Positions 48,952-59,181 are shown, numbered from the stretch's first letter. The stretch is DNA of 64,000 nt from Alphaproteobacteria bacterium (GCA_050175015.1 JBFXJJ010000002.1:128001-192000); one strand, 5' to 3'. Notes: generated from the letters alone by a model not told the origin. Numbers and translations: made by a program.

Positions 48952-49581
48952 ATGAATTTTGAACAAGTTTGGCAAGCAATCGATATTTTAGCAGAACTAA
49001 ACGGACTTTCAGCATCAGGACTTGCTCGCAAAGCAAACCTTGATCCAACGGCATTCAATCCCAGTAAAAGAGTTGGAACCGACGGTCGTTTGCGTTGGCC
49101 CTCGATGGAAAGCATTCATAAAATTTTGACGGCAACGAACTGTTCTATGGAATTTTTTGCAGGACTAGTCGGTGAGGATTCCAGCAAAACAGGTAACACA
49201 ATCCCTCTTCTAGGGTTTGCGCAAGCTGGAAATGATGGTTATTTTGATGAATCAGGCTATCCTTACGGTGTTGACAGCTGGGACGGCATAGAATTTCCTC
49301 AAGTAAACGACACCAACGCCTATGCAATTGAGGTTAGCGGGGATTCTATGGAACCAGCATACCGCGAAGGTGATGTTTTAATTGTTTCGCCCTCAGAAAC
49401 GGCAAGACGTGGCGATAGAGTGGTCGTAAAAACCAAAGAAGGCGAAGTTATGGTAAAGGAGCTTAAACGGCAGACAGCTATGAAAGTTGAATTGAAGTCT
49501 CTCAATCCTGAACACTCCGACCGTGAATTTGATGCCCGTGATATTGCTTGGATTGCAAGAGTTTTATGGGTAAGCCAATAA
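48952..49581 (+). CDS. HTH plus peptidase S24 (CI/LexA-like) repressor
   Basis: SGLARKANLDPTAFN.SKR...RWPS HTH; AQAG cleavage-type site; GDSMEP (Ser) and VKEL (Lys) dyad. Confidence 0.92.
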   Translation: MNFEQVWQAIDILAELNGLSASGLARKANLDPTAFNPSKRVGTDGRLRWPSMESIHKILTATNCSMEFFAGLVGEDSSKTGNTIPLLGFAQAGNDGYFDESGYPYGVDSWDGIEFPQVNDTNAYAIEVSGDSMEPAYREGDVLIVSPSETARRGDRVVVKTKEGEVMVKELKRQTAMKVELKSLNPEHSDREFDARDIAWIARVLWVSQ

Positions 49582-49773
49582 GCAATTGTTTTTAATCTAA
49601 ATTTTTTAAAAATTGCAGATTATCTAACCCTTCCCGAGGTTAATGATAAACTATAATAAAAGGCTTTAAAACTTCTTGCTTTTAATTGTGTTCATTCTGA
49701 CTAAATAAAAAAGTTTTGATTTTACTTTTACAAAAGTAAAAACCTAACCTGTTAAGGTTGCCGTAAGGCAAAG

Positions 49774-49830
49774 AAAAAACCTCCCAAGCGTCAACTAGGC
49801 TAGCTAGTTATACCGACTCTCAAGGGAGGT
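49774..49830 (-). terminator. Long-stem terminator
   Basis: Minus strand aacctccc...gggaggtt followed by T-tract, with an inner aactag/ctagtt stem. Confidence 0.5.
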
Positions 49831-49890
49831 TATCTATTAAAATATCAGAGATGCTTAAAAAGGCAAAGGCTTTGATGGGAAAAGGACTCT

Positions 49891-50136
49891 TTATAACTGA
49901 TATGGCAGAACTTTTTTGCAATATCTGCGGAATTCTTCAGGAGCATTATTGCAGATATGCTTAATTGCTAAAACCATTATTCCTACTTTTTCTTGATGAT
50001 TGTTTTTTACATAATCAACAAAAAAATCTACCGCCATTTTGCGTTCTTCAATAGAAATATCTTTGCTTGTTATATAGCTTAACGTTGCCTCGAACATTCT
50101 CTGACTTTTACTACTATCTGAAGCCTCATAAAGCAT
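49891..50136 (-). CDS. Small helical hypothetical protein (paralog A)
   Basis: Aligns with 50432-50671 (K.AVDF..DYVK.N..EK.G..V..I..I..NAP.E...YCK). Confidence 0.7.
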   Translation of the reverse strand: MLYEASDSSKSQRMFEATLSYITSKDISIEERKMAVDFFVDYVKNNHQEKVGIMVLAIKHICNNAPEEFRRYCKKVLPYQL

Positions 50137-50431
50137 TGAAGAAACCTTTCTAAAAAAAGCAAATTGCTTAACTTAAAAAGATTTTAAGGTTCTAAAGGTT
50201 AATATTTATTAAAAGCTGAATAATTAATTATAACTATGTTAAAAGCTTTTGGCATTTATCTGCCTGCTTTTATTTTTGTCTTTATAAAGATAAAAGCAAA
50301 ACTCTCGCAAAGCGAGCTATCTTATAAATAACCAAAGGATTTCACCATAGTAAATAAAATTTAGGGCCAAAAATCCTTCCTACTTCAGAAAAGACTTCAG
50401 CCCTATTTAAAAGGTTGCTTAAACGATGTTG

Positions 50432-50671
50432 CTATTTTAGAATTACTTTGCAGTATTCTTTTACTTCTAATGGTGCATTTTCGCCAATTTTGTTAATGAC
50501 CTCAACAACCAGCCCTGTTTTTTCATTCGGATTGCTTTTAACATAATCCGCCAAGAAATCAACGGCGGCTTTCTTCTCACCAATCGAGCTTTCATTACTG
50601 GAAATATAATTAACCACCGACATAAAAACTTCATGATGTTTATGATAATTATTGCCTTTTTCGTTAAGCAT
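50432..50671 (-). CDS. Small helical hypothetical protein (paralog B)
   Basis: Aligns with 49891-50136. Confidence 0.7.
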   Translation of the reverse strand: MLNEKGNNYHKHHEVFMSVVNYISSNESSIGEKKAAVDFLADYVKSNPNEKTGLVVEVINKIGENAPLEVKEYCKVILK

Positions 50672-50774
50672 AGGATTTCCCTTTATAAAAAAATGCCTAA
50701 AACATAATCTTGTATTAAATACAGTAAATACTACAAGATTATGTACAGCATAATCGCAAAAGGTAAAAAATTTA

Positions 50775-51275
50775 TCAAGATTTAAAAAAATATTTTATCG
50801 CATTCTTATGAAAGTATTGCATCGTTTCCAAAGGAGCTTTAGTAAAAGGCGTCCAAACTAAACGCTCTCCGCCGTTATTAAACCACTCATCTTTTTCTAA
50901 AAATGCTTTCAAATTATTACTTGCTGTTATCTCAATCTTCCAAAAAGTCATATTATAAAGCCAATATTCTTTATCGACATCGGCATAAAAATTAATGTCT
51001 TGAGAAAACTCCTTTTGAATTTGTTCTTTTTTCAATCCCAAAACAGCCAAGCCTGTTTCTTCTTCTATCTCTCTTGCTGCGGCTTCTATTAAATCCTCAC
51101 CTTTTTCAATCCCGCCGCCGACAAGTTCGGCACTATTTTGAGCGTGCGGAGGATAGGACAGAAGCAGTCCTTTAGTGTTGTGATATAGAACAATATGAAT
51201 GGAATTTCTTGGTCTTATAATATCGCCTTTTTGCGGTTTATGTTCAACACCATAGCGGTCGAAAAATTCAGTCAT
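50775..51275 (-). CDS. NUDIX hydrolase
   Basis: Nudix box GGGIEKGEDLIEAAAREIEEETGL. Confidence 0.9.
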   Translation of the reverse strand: MTEFFDRYGVEHKPQKGDIIRPRNSIHIVLYHNTKGLLLSYPPHAQNSAELVGGGIEKGEDLIEAAAREIEEETGLAVLGLKKEQIQKEFSQDINFYADVDKEYWLYNMTFWKIEITASNNLKAFLEKDEWFNNGGERLVWTPFTKAPLETMQYFHKNAIKYFFKS

Positions 51276-51295
51276 ATCTTTATCCTCAAAATCTA

Positions 51296-52477
51296 TTATT
51301 TAGGCTGTTTTCTTAAGATTATGCCATAAATAGGCAAAACAATTATTTTAGGAATCAAAATGCAAACCAGCAGTGTTGGCATCGCACCATAAATATCCGC
51401 AAAAAAACCAACAATCACAGAGACTACCGCAAAGAAAGCACTGCCTAATAACGATACCATTGACCCCATTGTTGCCCTTTGTTTATCACTGAATTCTTTC
51501 TGCATAATTGAATTCTCAGCAATTAACGTTGTTCCAAAAAGCAGTGAGGGCAAAGCTAGCAAAAAAGGCGAAACAATGTTGTTAATTAAAACCGCCGCAA
51601 CATTGATAATCCCGCTAAGAGCTGTTCCTTGAACAAAAATTTTGAAATATCCAAATTTATTAATTATACTGCCAGCAAACCAAAAGCTAAAAACTGCCCC
51701 CAAATTACAAAGTGATTTTATTAAGTTAATTGCCCAATCAGGAATGATGTTTTTTATAAAAGCAGCCTGAAACTGATAACTCGCCTCACCAAAGCTAAAA
51801 CTAACAATGCTAGCGATAGTAAACCACTTGAGCTTTTTATTCTGATGAAAACTTTTTATCGCCTCTTTGGTATGAGCTAGAACATTCGTCTCAAATTTAT
51901 GCGAATGGCTTTCTGGTTCTACAAAGAAACAAGAGGTTATTATTTGGCAAAATTTTGGTATTACACTTAATAAGAATGCCAATTTATAAGAATGCCAAAC
52001 AGCCGCAGCTCCTAATAACGAGGCACAGAAAATGGCAGCTTGAAACATTGATGATACTTTACCTTGGCAATCATCATAATCTTTATCTTCCCCCGTTTCC
52101 TGCAACGTTTCATAAAGCAAAGCCTTGTCTGTTCCCGAATAAAAAGATCTGGCAAGACCTTCAAAAGCAGCTCCAATAATAAGAAAGCTGTAATCGTTAG
52201 CAAAAGTATAAAATATTAAGCTGAAAAAACCAGCAACGGCTCCGCAAATCATTGAGCCTTTACGTTGAAGATGCCTGTCTGACAATATTCCTGTAGGAAC
52301 TTCAAGTAGCGACTGGGATAAATAAATAACAGAAAAAACACTCATTCCAAAAGCATAAGAACCCGAAATTTCTGCGAAGTAAATTATAGCTATTGGAGCA
52401 TAAAGCCTAAAATCTTCAAAAAAATTGAACCACTTAAGAAGCGTAATATTGCGCTTAATCTTAAAATTGTGGTTCAA
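51296..52477 (-). CDS. MFS transporter
   Basis: About 12 hydrophobic segments; EVPTG.LSDR, SGT..ALLYETL, RATMGS. Confidence 0.88.
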   Translation of the reverse strand: MNHNFKIKRNITLLKWFNFFEDFRLYAPIAIIYFAEISGSYAFGMSVFSVIYLSQSLLEVPTGILSDRHLQRKGSMICGAVAGFFSLIFYTFANDYSFLIIGAAFEGLARSFYSGTDKALLYETLQETGEDKDYDDCQGKVSSMFQAAIFCASLLGAAAVWHSYKLAFLLSVIPKFCQIITSCFFVEPESHSHKFETNVLAHTKEAIKSFHQNKKLKWFTIASIVSFSFGEASYQFQAAFIKNIIPDWAINLIKSLCNLGAVFSFWFAGSIINKFGYFKIFVQGTALSGIINVAAVLINNIVSPFLLALPSLLFGTTLIAENSIMQKEFSDKQRATMGSMVSLLGSAFFAVVSVIVGFFADIYGAMPTLLVCILIPKIIVLPIYGIILRKQPK

Positions 52478-52549
52478 TTTCTTCTACCTAATATTTTATG
52501 TCTAGCAAATGTCTGCTAACAGCTTTATTTTTAAACTTATCTAAAAAAA

Positions 52550-53527
52550 TTACATACCACGTGATTTTTTAGAGGCAATAACAGCCTGCATTGCATTAGT
52601 GTTAGCTTTAGTTTGGCTATTCAATGCAACTGGACGGTAAAACTTCAAAAGCTCAGGCATACCTTTTTCAAGAATTTCAGTAGGTCTGTTGTCATCGTTC
52701 ATTTGTTTATAATGACCTTCTACAGCTATTGAATATTCCTTGCTTGTGGCAAATCTTTCATAAAGTTTTAAAGTTGAATCAGATGGTGTTGCACCGTGTT
52801 TTTGCCAAGCAAAATCAATTCCTGCACCAACGCCGCTGCCGCCATCGGAACGAACATTGTCACCAATCATTACAGCCTTAGATTTATCAGTTAAACCAAA
52901 ATCTTTCAAAATTTTCTCAACCGCTTTAGGATTAGGTTTTGATGTCTTGGGACCTTGAACAATGAGTTTATCACCCAAAGCCTCTTTGAATTCTATGGCT
53001 TTACCTTTAACTGGAAGGGTTACAGGCTTGCCTTCTTTATCTAAATCAGGCTGAACATACATTCCGTCAATTAAATCAGTAGGAAAACCCATTTTAGCAA
53101 GACGAGGAACGCAAGATGATTCTCTCGAATCGGTAAATAAAACAACCTTGGCTCCTGACTGCTTAATTTTTCTAAGTGCAGCTAAAGCTCCATTATAAGG
53201 GCAAGCTTTTTGTTTAATCTGCTGCCAGTTATGGATAATTTCAGCATCGCTTTTCTCAAATTTTGCGGCTTCTTCTGGGGTCTTGGGCTTAAGACAAGGA
53301 GCAAAACTCATCGTCTGCACAATATCTTTACCTGCAACAACGCCAGGAACGTGTTTTAAATGCTCTGGGATATTGTCAAAAATATCCTTTTCTAAAACTT
53401 CTCTTTCAATGCCTCTGCTTTTAGCTAAAGCATCAAGAGCATAATCAAAAGCATCTCCCCAAACATTAATGGTGTCGGAAAGGGTATTGTCTATATCAAA
53501 AATAAACAGGCTTTTTTCTTTTTTCAT
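52550..53527 (-). CDS. HAD-superfamily hydrolase
   Basis: FDIDNTL, FTD, KPNP, MIGDN..SD. Confidence 0.8.
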   Translation of the reverse strand: MKKEKSLFIFDIDNTLSDTINVWGDAFDYALDALAKSRGIEREVLEKDIFDNIPEHLKHVPGVVAGKDIVQTMSFAPCLKPKTPEEAAKFEKSDAEIIHNWQQIKQKACPYNGALAALRKIKQSGAKVVLFTDSRESSCVPRLAKMGFPTDLIDGMYVQPDLDKEGKPVTLPVKGKAIEFKEALGDKLIVQGPKTSKPNPKAVEKILKDFGLTDKSKAVMIGDNVRSDGGSGVGAGIDFAWQKHGATPSDSTLKLYERFATSKEYSIAVEGHYKQMNDDNRPTEILEKGMPELLKFYRPVALNSQTKANTNAMQAVIASKKSRGM

Positions 53528-53611
53528 AGCGTTTAGTCCTTAAAATTTAGAATAACTTAAAAATTTAAAATGATTATATCTTTTCCATCATTTTTAGTCA
53601 AAACATTTTTG

Positions 53612-55198
53612 TCAAATTTTGTGCAAAATCTGATCTATTAAATCAGCTGATTTTTTTAAACCGTAAAGCGCAAAAACTGAACCCATACGAGGTCCTTGAT
53701 CTTGACCAAGTATAATTTCATAAAGAGCTTTAAACCAATTTCTGAGTTCACCAGCAAAAACATCAAGATTTTCCTTACCTACAGCGTAAACTGCACTTTG
53801 AACTTCATCGGCAGTTGACTTCTCGGGAAGAGTTTCAAGTTTATCCTTTAAAATAGACAAAACTCGTTTTTCATCATCATTAGGGGTTTTAAATTTTTTG
53901 TTTGGTAACACAAAATCTTTATAATAACTAATAGCAAAGCCAACTAATTTGTTTAAAAACGGGCAAGACTCTGGAGTTGCTTTTGGTTCATAGGCAGAAA
54001 TATAATGCCAGATAGCGGCAGGATCATCAGAACCGCAAACGCTTACCAAATTAAGCAGAACACTCATAGAGATTGAGGCTTCAGGCTGCGGAACTTTGCC
54101 ACTGTGAATATGCCAAGCTGGATTATCTATTTTTTCAGCGTCTTTCTGCTTAGGGTAGTTTTCAATGAAGGCAATATAGTCATCAATCGCTCTTGGAATA
54201 ACGTCAAAATAAAGCTTTTTAGCGGTCTTTGGTTTTTGATACATAAATAAAGCCAAAGATTCTTGAGGCGCATATTTAAGCCAATCTTCAACCGCTAAAC
54301 CGTTTCCTTTTGATTTCGATATTTTTTCGCCCTTGTCATCAAGGAATAGTTCATAGGTAAGATTTTGCGGAGCTTCCCCACCTAAAATTTTACAAATACG
54401 GCTGGATAATCTAACCGAATCGGTTAAATCTTTGCCCGACATTTCATAATTAACATCAAGAGCCGTCCAGCGCATTGCCCAGTCGACTTTCCACTGTAAT
54501 TTGCAATTACCGCCTGTAACTTCGGTTTCAACTAACGAGCCATCTTCATCACGATATATAATAGTGCCGCTCTCGGGTTTGGTTTCAACCACGGGAACCT
54601 GCAAAACTTTTCCTGTTTTTTTGCATACAGGAAGATATGGGCTGTAAGTTGCTTTGCGCTCATCACCTAGGGTTGGCAGAACGACATTTATAACTTCGTC
54701 ATAATGCTTCAAAATTGCGAGCAGCGTTTTATCAAACATACCTGATTTATAACATTCGGTTGAACTCTTAAACTCATAATCAAACCCAAATGAATCTAAA
54801 AAGCCTTTAAGCCTAGCGTTGTTATGATGTCCAAAACTTTCATATTTACCAAAAGGGTCAGGAATGGTCGTTAAAGACTTGCCTAAATGCTGCGCCACCA
54901 TATCTTTATTAGGAATATTGTCTGGGACTTTGCGCAAGCCGTCCATATCATCAGAGAAACAAAACAGCTTGGTTTTAAATTCAGGGAAAAGCAAAGCAAA
55001 GGCATTTTTGACCATAATTGTTCTGGCAACTTCGCCAAAAGTTCCAATATGAGGAAGTCCTGATGGTCCATACCCTGTTTCAAACAAAACAAAGCCTTTT
55101 TCCGGAACCTTGCCTCTCAACCTCTTTTCCATTAAATTTCTAGCTTCTTCGAAAGGCCAAGCTTTGCTTGCTTGTGCAAACTCTCTAAAATCTGACAT
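53612..55198 (-). CDS. lysS: Class I lysyl-tRNA synthetase
   Basis: TGYGPSGLPHIGT, KLQWK.DW.MRW, KISKSKGN, GPR.G. Confidence 0.96.
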   Translation of the reverse strand: MSDFREFAQASKAWPFEEARNLMEKRLRGKVPEKGFVLFETGYGPSGLPHIGTFGEVARTIMVKNAFALLFPEFKTKLFCFSDDMDGLRKVPDNIPNKDMVAQHLGKSLTTIPDPFGKYESFGHHNNARLKGFLDSFGFDYEFKSSTECYKSGMFDKTLLAILKHYDEVINVVLPTLGDERKATYSPYLPVCKKTGKVLQVPVVETKPESGTIIYRDEDGSLVETEVTGGNCKLQWKVDWAMRWTALDVNYEMSGKDLTDSVRLSSRICKILGGEAPQNLTYELFLDDKGEKISKSKGNGLAVEDWLKYAPQESLALFMYQKPKTAKKLYFDVIPRAIDDYIAFIENYPKQKDAEKIDNPAWHIHSGKVPQPEASISMSVLLNLVSVCGSDDPAAIWHYISAYEPKATPESCPFLNKLVGFAISYYKDFVLPNKKFKTPNDDEKRVLSILKDKLETLPEKSTADEVQSAVYAVGKENLDVFAGELRNWFKALYEIILGQDQGPRMGSVFALYGLKKSADLIDQILHKI

Positions 55199-55354
55199 AA
55201 TTTTATCCTTGTTTTTTAGTTAGGTTAAGCTTTCCTGCAAATTTAACACTTAATCTTAGAACAACAATATTTTTTTATTTTATTTTTGATAAATATGGAA
55301 AAAAATCGCATAATCTTTTTAAATTTCAATATTTCATAGTGGATATGCCAAAAA

Positions 55355-56416
55355 ATGAAGCTTTTTAAAATAATTATCAGTATGGGACTGCCTCTTTTTC
55401 TCTCGGGCTGCCTTGAAGAATTCAAATCATTTTATCCTCAAAATGTTTCTCTTGATAGCAATGATGACGCCTATTTGGGTGAAAAACATATTTTAACAAT
55501 AGACACTGGCAAAGAAGATTTAATAGCTGTTATAGACAATTACAAAAAGACTTGCTCTGAACTGCAATGTTATGTCCTTTCTTCCACGGCAGTAGATAAA
55601 AGCTCTGCACAATTAAAAATCTTAATACCAAATATTAATGTTGATGAATTATTAGAGAAAGTTAAAGCAAAGGTTGTTTCTAAAGCTTTGTTAGAGAGCA
55701 TTAATCCTTCAGATGCAGGTTTAGAAAAAAGACTTGCAATAAAAAATGCAACCTTTGACAGTTTGCTTTCAAAATTAAACCAAGACACCGCTAATCCTTT
55801 AAAAGTTTCAGAGGAACTTAACAATATTCAAACCGACATTGAAACCATTAAATTGTTTCAAAAAATAAAAGATAAGCCCATAAAATTAAAACCTATCTTA
55901 AAAGGGAATTTAAAAGACAAGAAAACAGAGGTAAAGACTGCCAATGATAACAAAAAATTAAAAGTCATATCAGAAGGCAAAGAATATTATGTTGATACCA
56001 ACCCTAAACTTATAATGCTTGATATTAAGTTGGGAGAAGTTGTTCCCTTTTATGGTCTTAATATTAATCTAATAAAAGATACTTTTGCTAAATCTTATAA
56101 AATATTTGTTATAAGTGCCTCTTATGCCATAGTGTCTCTTGCTATTATACTTCCTTGGCTGCCGCTTGCTGTTATTTTTATGTGGCTGTTATCCATTGTT
56201 TTTAAACAGAAAATTAAAATAAAAACCTTTGTATCCCAGAATAAAACCAAAGAAAAATCCCGCAATGCAGGTGATGATAAAGAGCCCTTTTTTGATTCCG
56301 CAGATGATGATGATGACGAAGATGTTCCCGAAAAGAAAAAGGGTCTTCTAGGCGGTCTTTTTACAAAAAAGGTAGAACCAGCTAAAGACACTTCAACAGA
56401 AGAAACTGAGGAATAG
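55355..56416 (+). CDS. Lipoprotein/membrane protein (DUF4349-like architecture)
   Basis: Lipobox LSGC, coiled coil, C-proximal TM segment LPWLPL, acidic tail. Confidence 0.55.
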   Translation: MKLFKIIISMGLPLFLSGCLEEFKSFYPQNVSLDSNDDAYLGEKHILTIDTGKEDLIAVIDNYKKTCSELQCYVLSSTAVDKSSAQLKILIPNINVDELLEKVKAKVVSKALLESINPSDAGLEKRLAIKNATFDSLLSKLNQDTANPLKVSEELNNIQTDIETIKLFQKIKDKPIKLKPILKGNLKDKKTEVKTANDNKKLKVISEGKEYYVDTNPKLIMLDIKLGEVVPFYGLNINLIKDTFAKSYKIFVISASYAIVSLAIILPWLPLAVIFMWLLSIVFKQKIKIKTFVSQNKTKEKSRNAGDDKEPFFDSADDDDDEDVPEKKKGLLGGLFTKKVEPAKDTSTEETEE

Positions 56417-56421
56417 TTTCC

Positions 56422-59181
56422 TTGAGTGATATTTTACTTCCTCCTGTTCCGATATTAATCATAAAAGGATCTAAAGCTTTTGTTTTATCTCTTGATGGTG
56501 AGATTGAAACCATAACCTTAAGAGATGCGGCTCTTTTTGCAAGCTCGAGGCCTTTTATCGTTTGTCATAAGAAGGCTGTAGCAACCGCCTTAGAAGTTAA
56601 AAATCATACTTTTTTTGATGTCTTGGAACTTTTTGCGTTCTGCCGTCCAGCCGAGTTCTGCGTTCCAACTATTTCGGGATTAGCCGAATATTTAGATATT
56701 CCGCAGCCTCAAACTATAGAACAGCAAGCTATGACCCTTGCAGGCATTACCTTATCATTATTAGAAAAACTAAGGGGACTTACTCCGAAAGAAAACTTTC
56801 GAGCCGCAAGTGTTGCCGAAGTTATGAAAAATGACGGCTGGCTATGGGGAGAAGCGGTTTTAACTGCTCTAGGAAACCCTTCTCACAACAGACTTGCTAA
56901 ATACAGCGATGTTTTAAACCGCTTAAAAGAATGGCAGGAATATTATCGAGAAGCACCAGATAAAATAGAACCTATTGATGCCGCCCAAGCAAGGCAAAGA
57001 TTAGCTAGGGTCTTAGAAAAGAGCGGCTCACACAATGAAGATAGACCAGAACAAACTGATTATACTTCGGCGGCAAGTTTGGTGTTTGATAAAAATGAAA
57101 ACGGGCGAGCTAATATTGTTATTGCGGAAGCTGGAACTGGGGTGGGCAAAACCTTGGGATATTTAAGTCCGTCGTCTCTTTTTTCTGAAAAAAATTGTAC
57201 TTCTGTCTGGATTAGTACTTTTACCAAAAATCTTCAAAAACAAATTGATAACGAGCTGTCTCTAATTTATCCCGAAAAGGGGAACAAGGAATATAACGTT
57301 ACAATTCGAAAAGGGCGGGAAAATTATGTTTGTCTTCTTAATTTTGAAGATGCCTGCAATAGTCTTCACAAAAATAGAGAGAATGCCGCCTTATGCGGAC
57401 TTATTGCCCGCTGGCTCGAAGCTACTCGATATGGCGATTTAGCAAGCGGCGATTTTCCAAGCTGGCTGGCGGATATTCTGGGAAGGAGTCGAACCTTGGC
57501 TCTGACCGATCATCACGGAGAATGTCTTTATGCGGCTTGTCCGCATTACCGCAAATGTTTTATTGAAAAAACGCTTAGAAGAGCTAAACGTTCCAATCTT
57601 GTTATTGCCAATCACGCTCTGGTTATGGCTCAAGGAGCTTTAGGCGGTCTTGATGATGACAACTGTCCGTCATACTATGTCTTTGACGAAGGACACCATC
57701 TTTTTGCTGCCGCTGATGCCGCTTTTTCGGCTCATCTCACAGGAGGCGAAACCTTTGAGTTGAAAAGATGGATACAAGGCGCCGAAACAGGCACTAAATC
57801 ACGAGCAAAAGGTTTAAAAAGACGGCTCGAAAATATTGAAGTTAATGAAGAAACTTTGTCCTTAGTACAAGAAATTGTTGAAATTTCAGAATGTTTGCCC
57901 AAAACAGGCTGGCTTAACCGAATTCTTAATCATAATCCCTTGAATGCGACCGAAGAATTGCTGGTTACAATTCATTCTTTGGTTAGAAACCGTAATCTTA
58001 ACGATAGCAGCGAATATAGCATTGAAGCCGAAATTCCGCCTCAACCCGACGAGCTTATCCTTTCTGCTGAAACTTTAGCAAAAAAACTTAGTTTTCTTCT
58101 AACAAAACTAAAGAAACTAGCTAAGATTCTACTAGAATTATCACTGAAAAAACTAGAAGCAGACGATAATGATGATGAAATAACTAAAATTGATGCTTTA
58201 ATCAGAAGCCTAAAGCAAAGAACGATAATTCCTATTGGCGCCTTTTTAGATATGCTTGATGTTCTTAAAGGCGGCAGCGCTTCAGAAGAGTTTGTTGACT
58301 GGTTAGAAATAACTAGAGAAAATGCTCAAGATATTGATATTGGAATGCACCGTCATTATGTCGATCCAACGAAGCCCTTTGCTAATACTTTTGTTGCCAA
58401 AGCTAAAGGTATGCTTATAACTTCGGCAACCCTCAAAGACAGAACGCAGGATCTTGAAAAAAACTGGCAGGCGGCAGAGCTTTCTACAGGGGTTAAATAT
58501 TTTCTTGATAATGTCAACTTAACCAAAGCTTCAATCGCATCTCCTTTTAATTATCAAGAACAAACTAAAATTCTAATTATTAATGATATTCCTAAAAATA
58601 ATATCAAAGCCTTATCTTTAGCTTATGCTAAACTTTTCATTGCCGCAGAAGGCGGCGCTCTTGGCATTTTTACTTCTATCAAACGGTTAAAAAACGCCTA
58701 CCCTAATATCTATAAAGCTCTCGATGATAACGGTTTAAACCTGTTATCACAGCACGTTGACGGTATGGATACGGGCACCTTAATTGACATTTTTAAAGAA
58801 GAAAAAAACAGTTGTTTGTTAGGAACTGATGCCGTTAGGGACGGCGTTGATGTTCCTGGACAATCCTTAAGATTAATCGCTTTTGAGAAAGTTCCTTGGC
58901 AAAAAAATACCATCCTACAAAAAAGACGCAAAAAAGAGTTCGGAGCAGAATACACCGATATTCAAACCAGAATGAAACTTGCCCAAGCTTTTGGCCGTCT
59001 TATCCGAAAAAAGACGGATAAAGGTGTTTTTGTAATGTTGGATTCGGCGTTTCCTTCTCGTCTACATTCAGCTTTTCCTGAAAATTGCTCTATCGAAATA
59101 CTTGGTCTTAATGATGCTTGCGATATTATAAAATCTTTTTTATCTCCAGATAATTATCAACCAAATTCCATAAAATCTTAG
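56422..59181 (+). CDS. DinG/YoaA-family ATP-dependent helicase
   Basis: EAGTGVGKT, KGR.NY.C, Fe-S cysteines, DEGHH, TSATL, DGVDVPG, QAFGRLIR. Confidence 0.92.
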   Translation: MSDILLPPVPILIIKGSKAFVLSLDGEIETITLRDAALFASSRPFIVCHKKAVATALEVKNHTFFDVLELFAFCRPAEFCVPTISGLAEYLDIPQPQTIEQQAMTLAGITLSLLEKLRGLTPKENFRAASVAEVMKNDGWLWGEAVLTALGNPSHNRLAKYSDVLNRLKEWQEYYREAPDKIEPIDAAQARQRLARVLEKSGSHNEDRPEQTDYTSAASLVFDKNENGRANIVIAEAGTGVGKTLGYLSPSSLFSEKNCTSVWISTFTKNLQKQIDNELSLIYPEKGNKEYNVTIRKGRENYVCLLNFEDACNSLHKNRENAALCGLIARWLEATRYGDLASGDFPSWLADILGRSRTLALTDHHGECLYAACPHYRKCFIEKTLRRAKRSNLVIANHALVMAQGALGGLDDDNCPSYYVFDEGHHLFAAADAAFSAHLTGGETFELKRWIQGAETGTKSRAKGLKRRLENIEVNEETLSLVQEIVEISECLPKTGWLNRILNHNPLNATEELLVTIHSLVRNRNLNDSSEYSIEAEIPPQPDELILSAETLAKKLSFLLTKLKKLAKILLELSLKKLEADDNDDEITKIDALIRSLKQRTIIPIGAFLDMLDVLKGGSASEEFVDWLEITRENAQDIDIGMHRHYVDPTKPFANTFVAKAKGMLITSATLKDRTQDLEKNWQAAELSTGVKYFLDNVNLTKASIASPFNYQEQTKILIINDIPKNNIKALSLAYAKLFIAAEGGALGIFTSIKRLKNAYPNIYKALDDNGLNLLSQHVDGMDTGTLIDIFKEEKNSCLLGTDAVRDGVDVPGQSLRLIAFEKVPWQKNTILQKRRKKEFGAEYTDIQTRMKLAQAFGRLIRKKTDKGVFVMLDSAFPSRLHSAFPENCSIEILGLNDACDIIKSFLSPDNYQPNSIKS

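Larger units (their letters stand above)
35471..49581. mobile_element. Podovirus-type (T7/BPP-1-like) virion gene cluster lacking replication and integration genes; GTA-like
   Basis: Co-oriented portal, scaffold, capsid, tail, fibre, lysis and terminase genes plus divergent S24 repressor; no integrase, polymerase, primase or att seen. Confidence 0.85.

Noticed and set aside
35471-49581. Ordinary intact prophage
   Set aside because: No integrase, replication genes or att-like direct repeats seen, and too small for a T7-like genome; a decayed prophage cannot be fully excluded
56422-59181. DinG helicase as the element's replication gene or a type IV CRISPR component
   Set aside because: It sits among host genes 7 kb from the cluster, with no cas genes or array nearby
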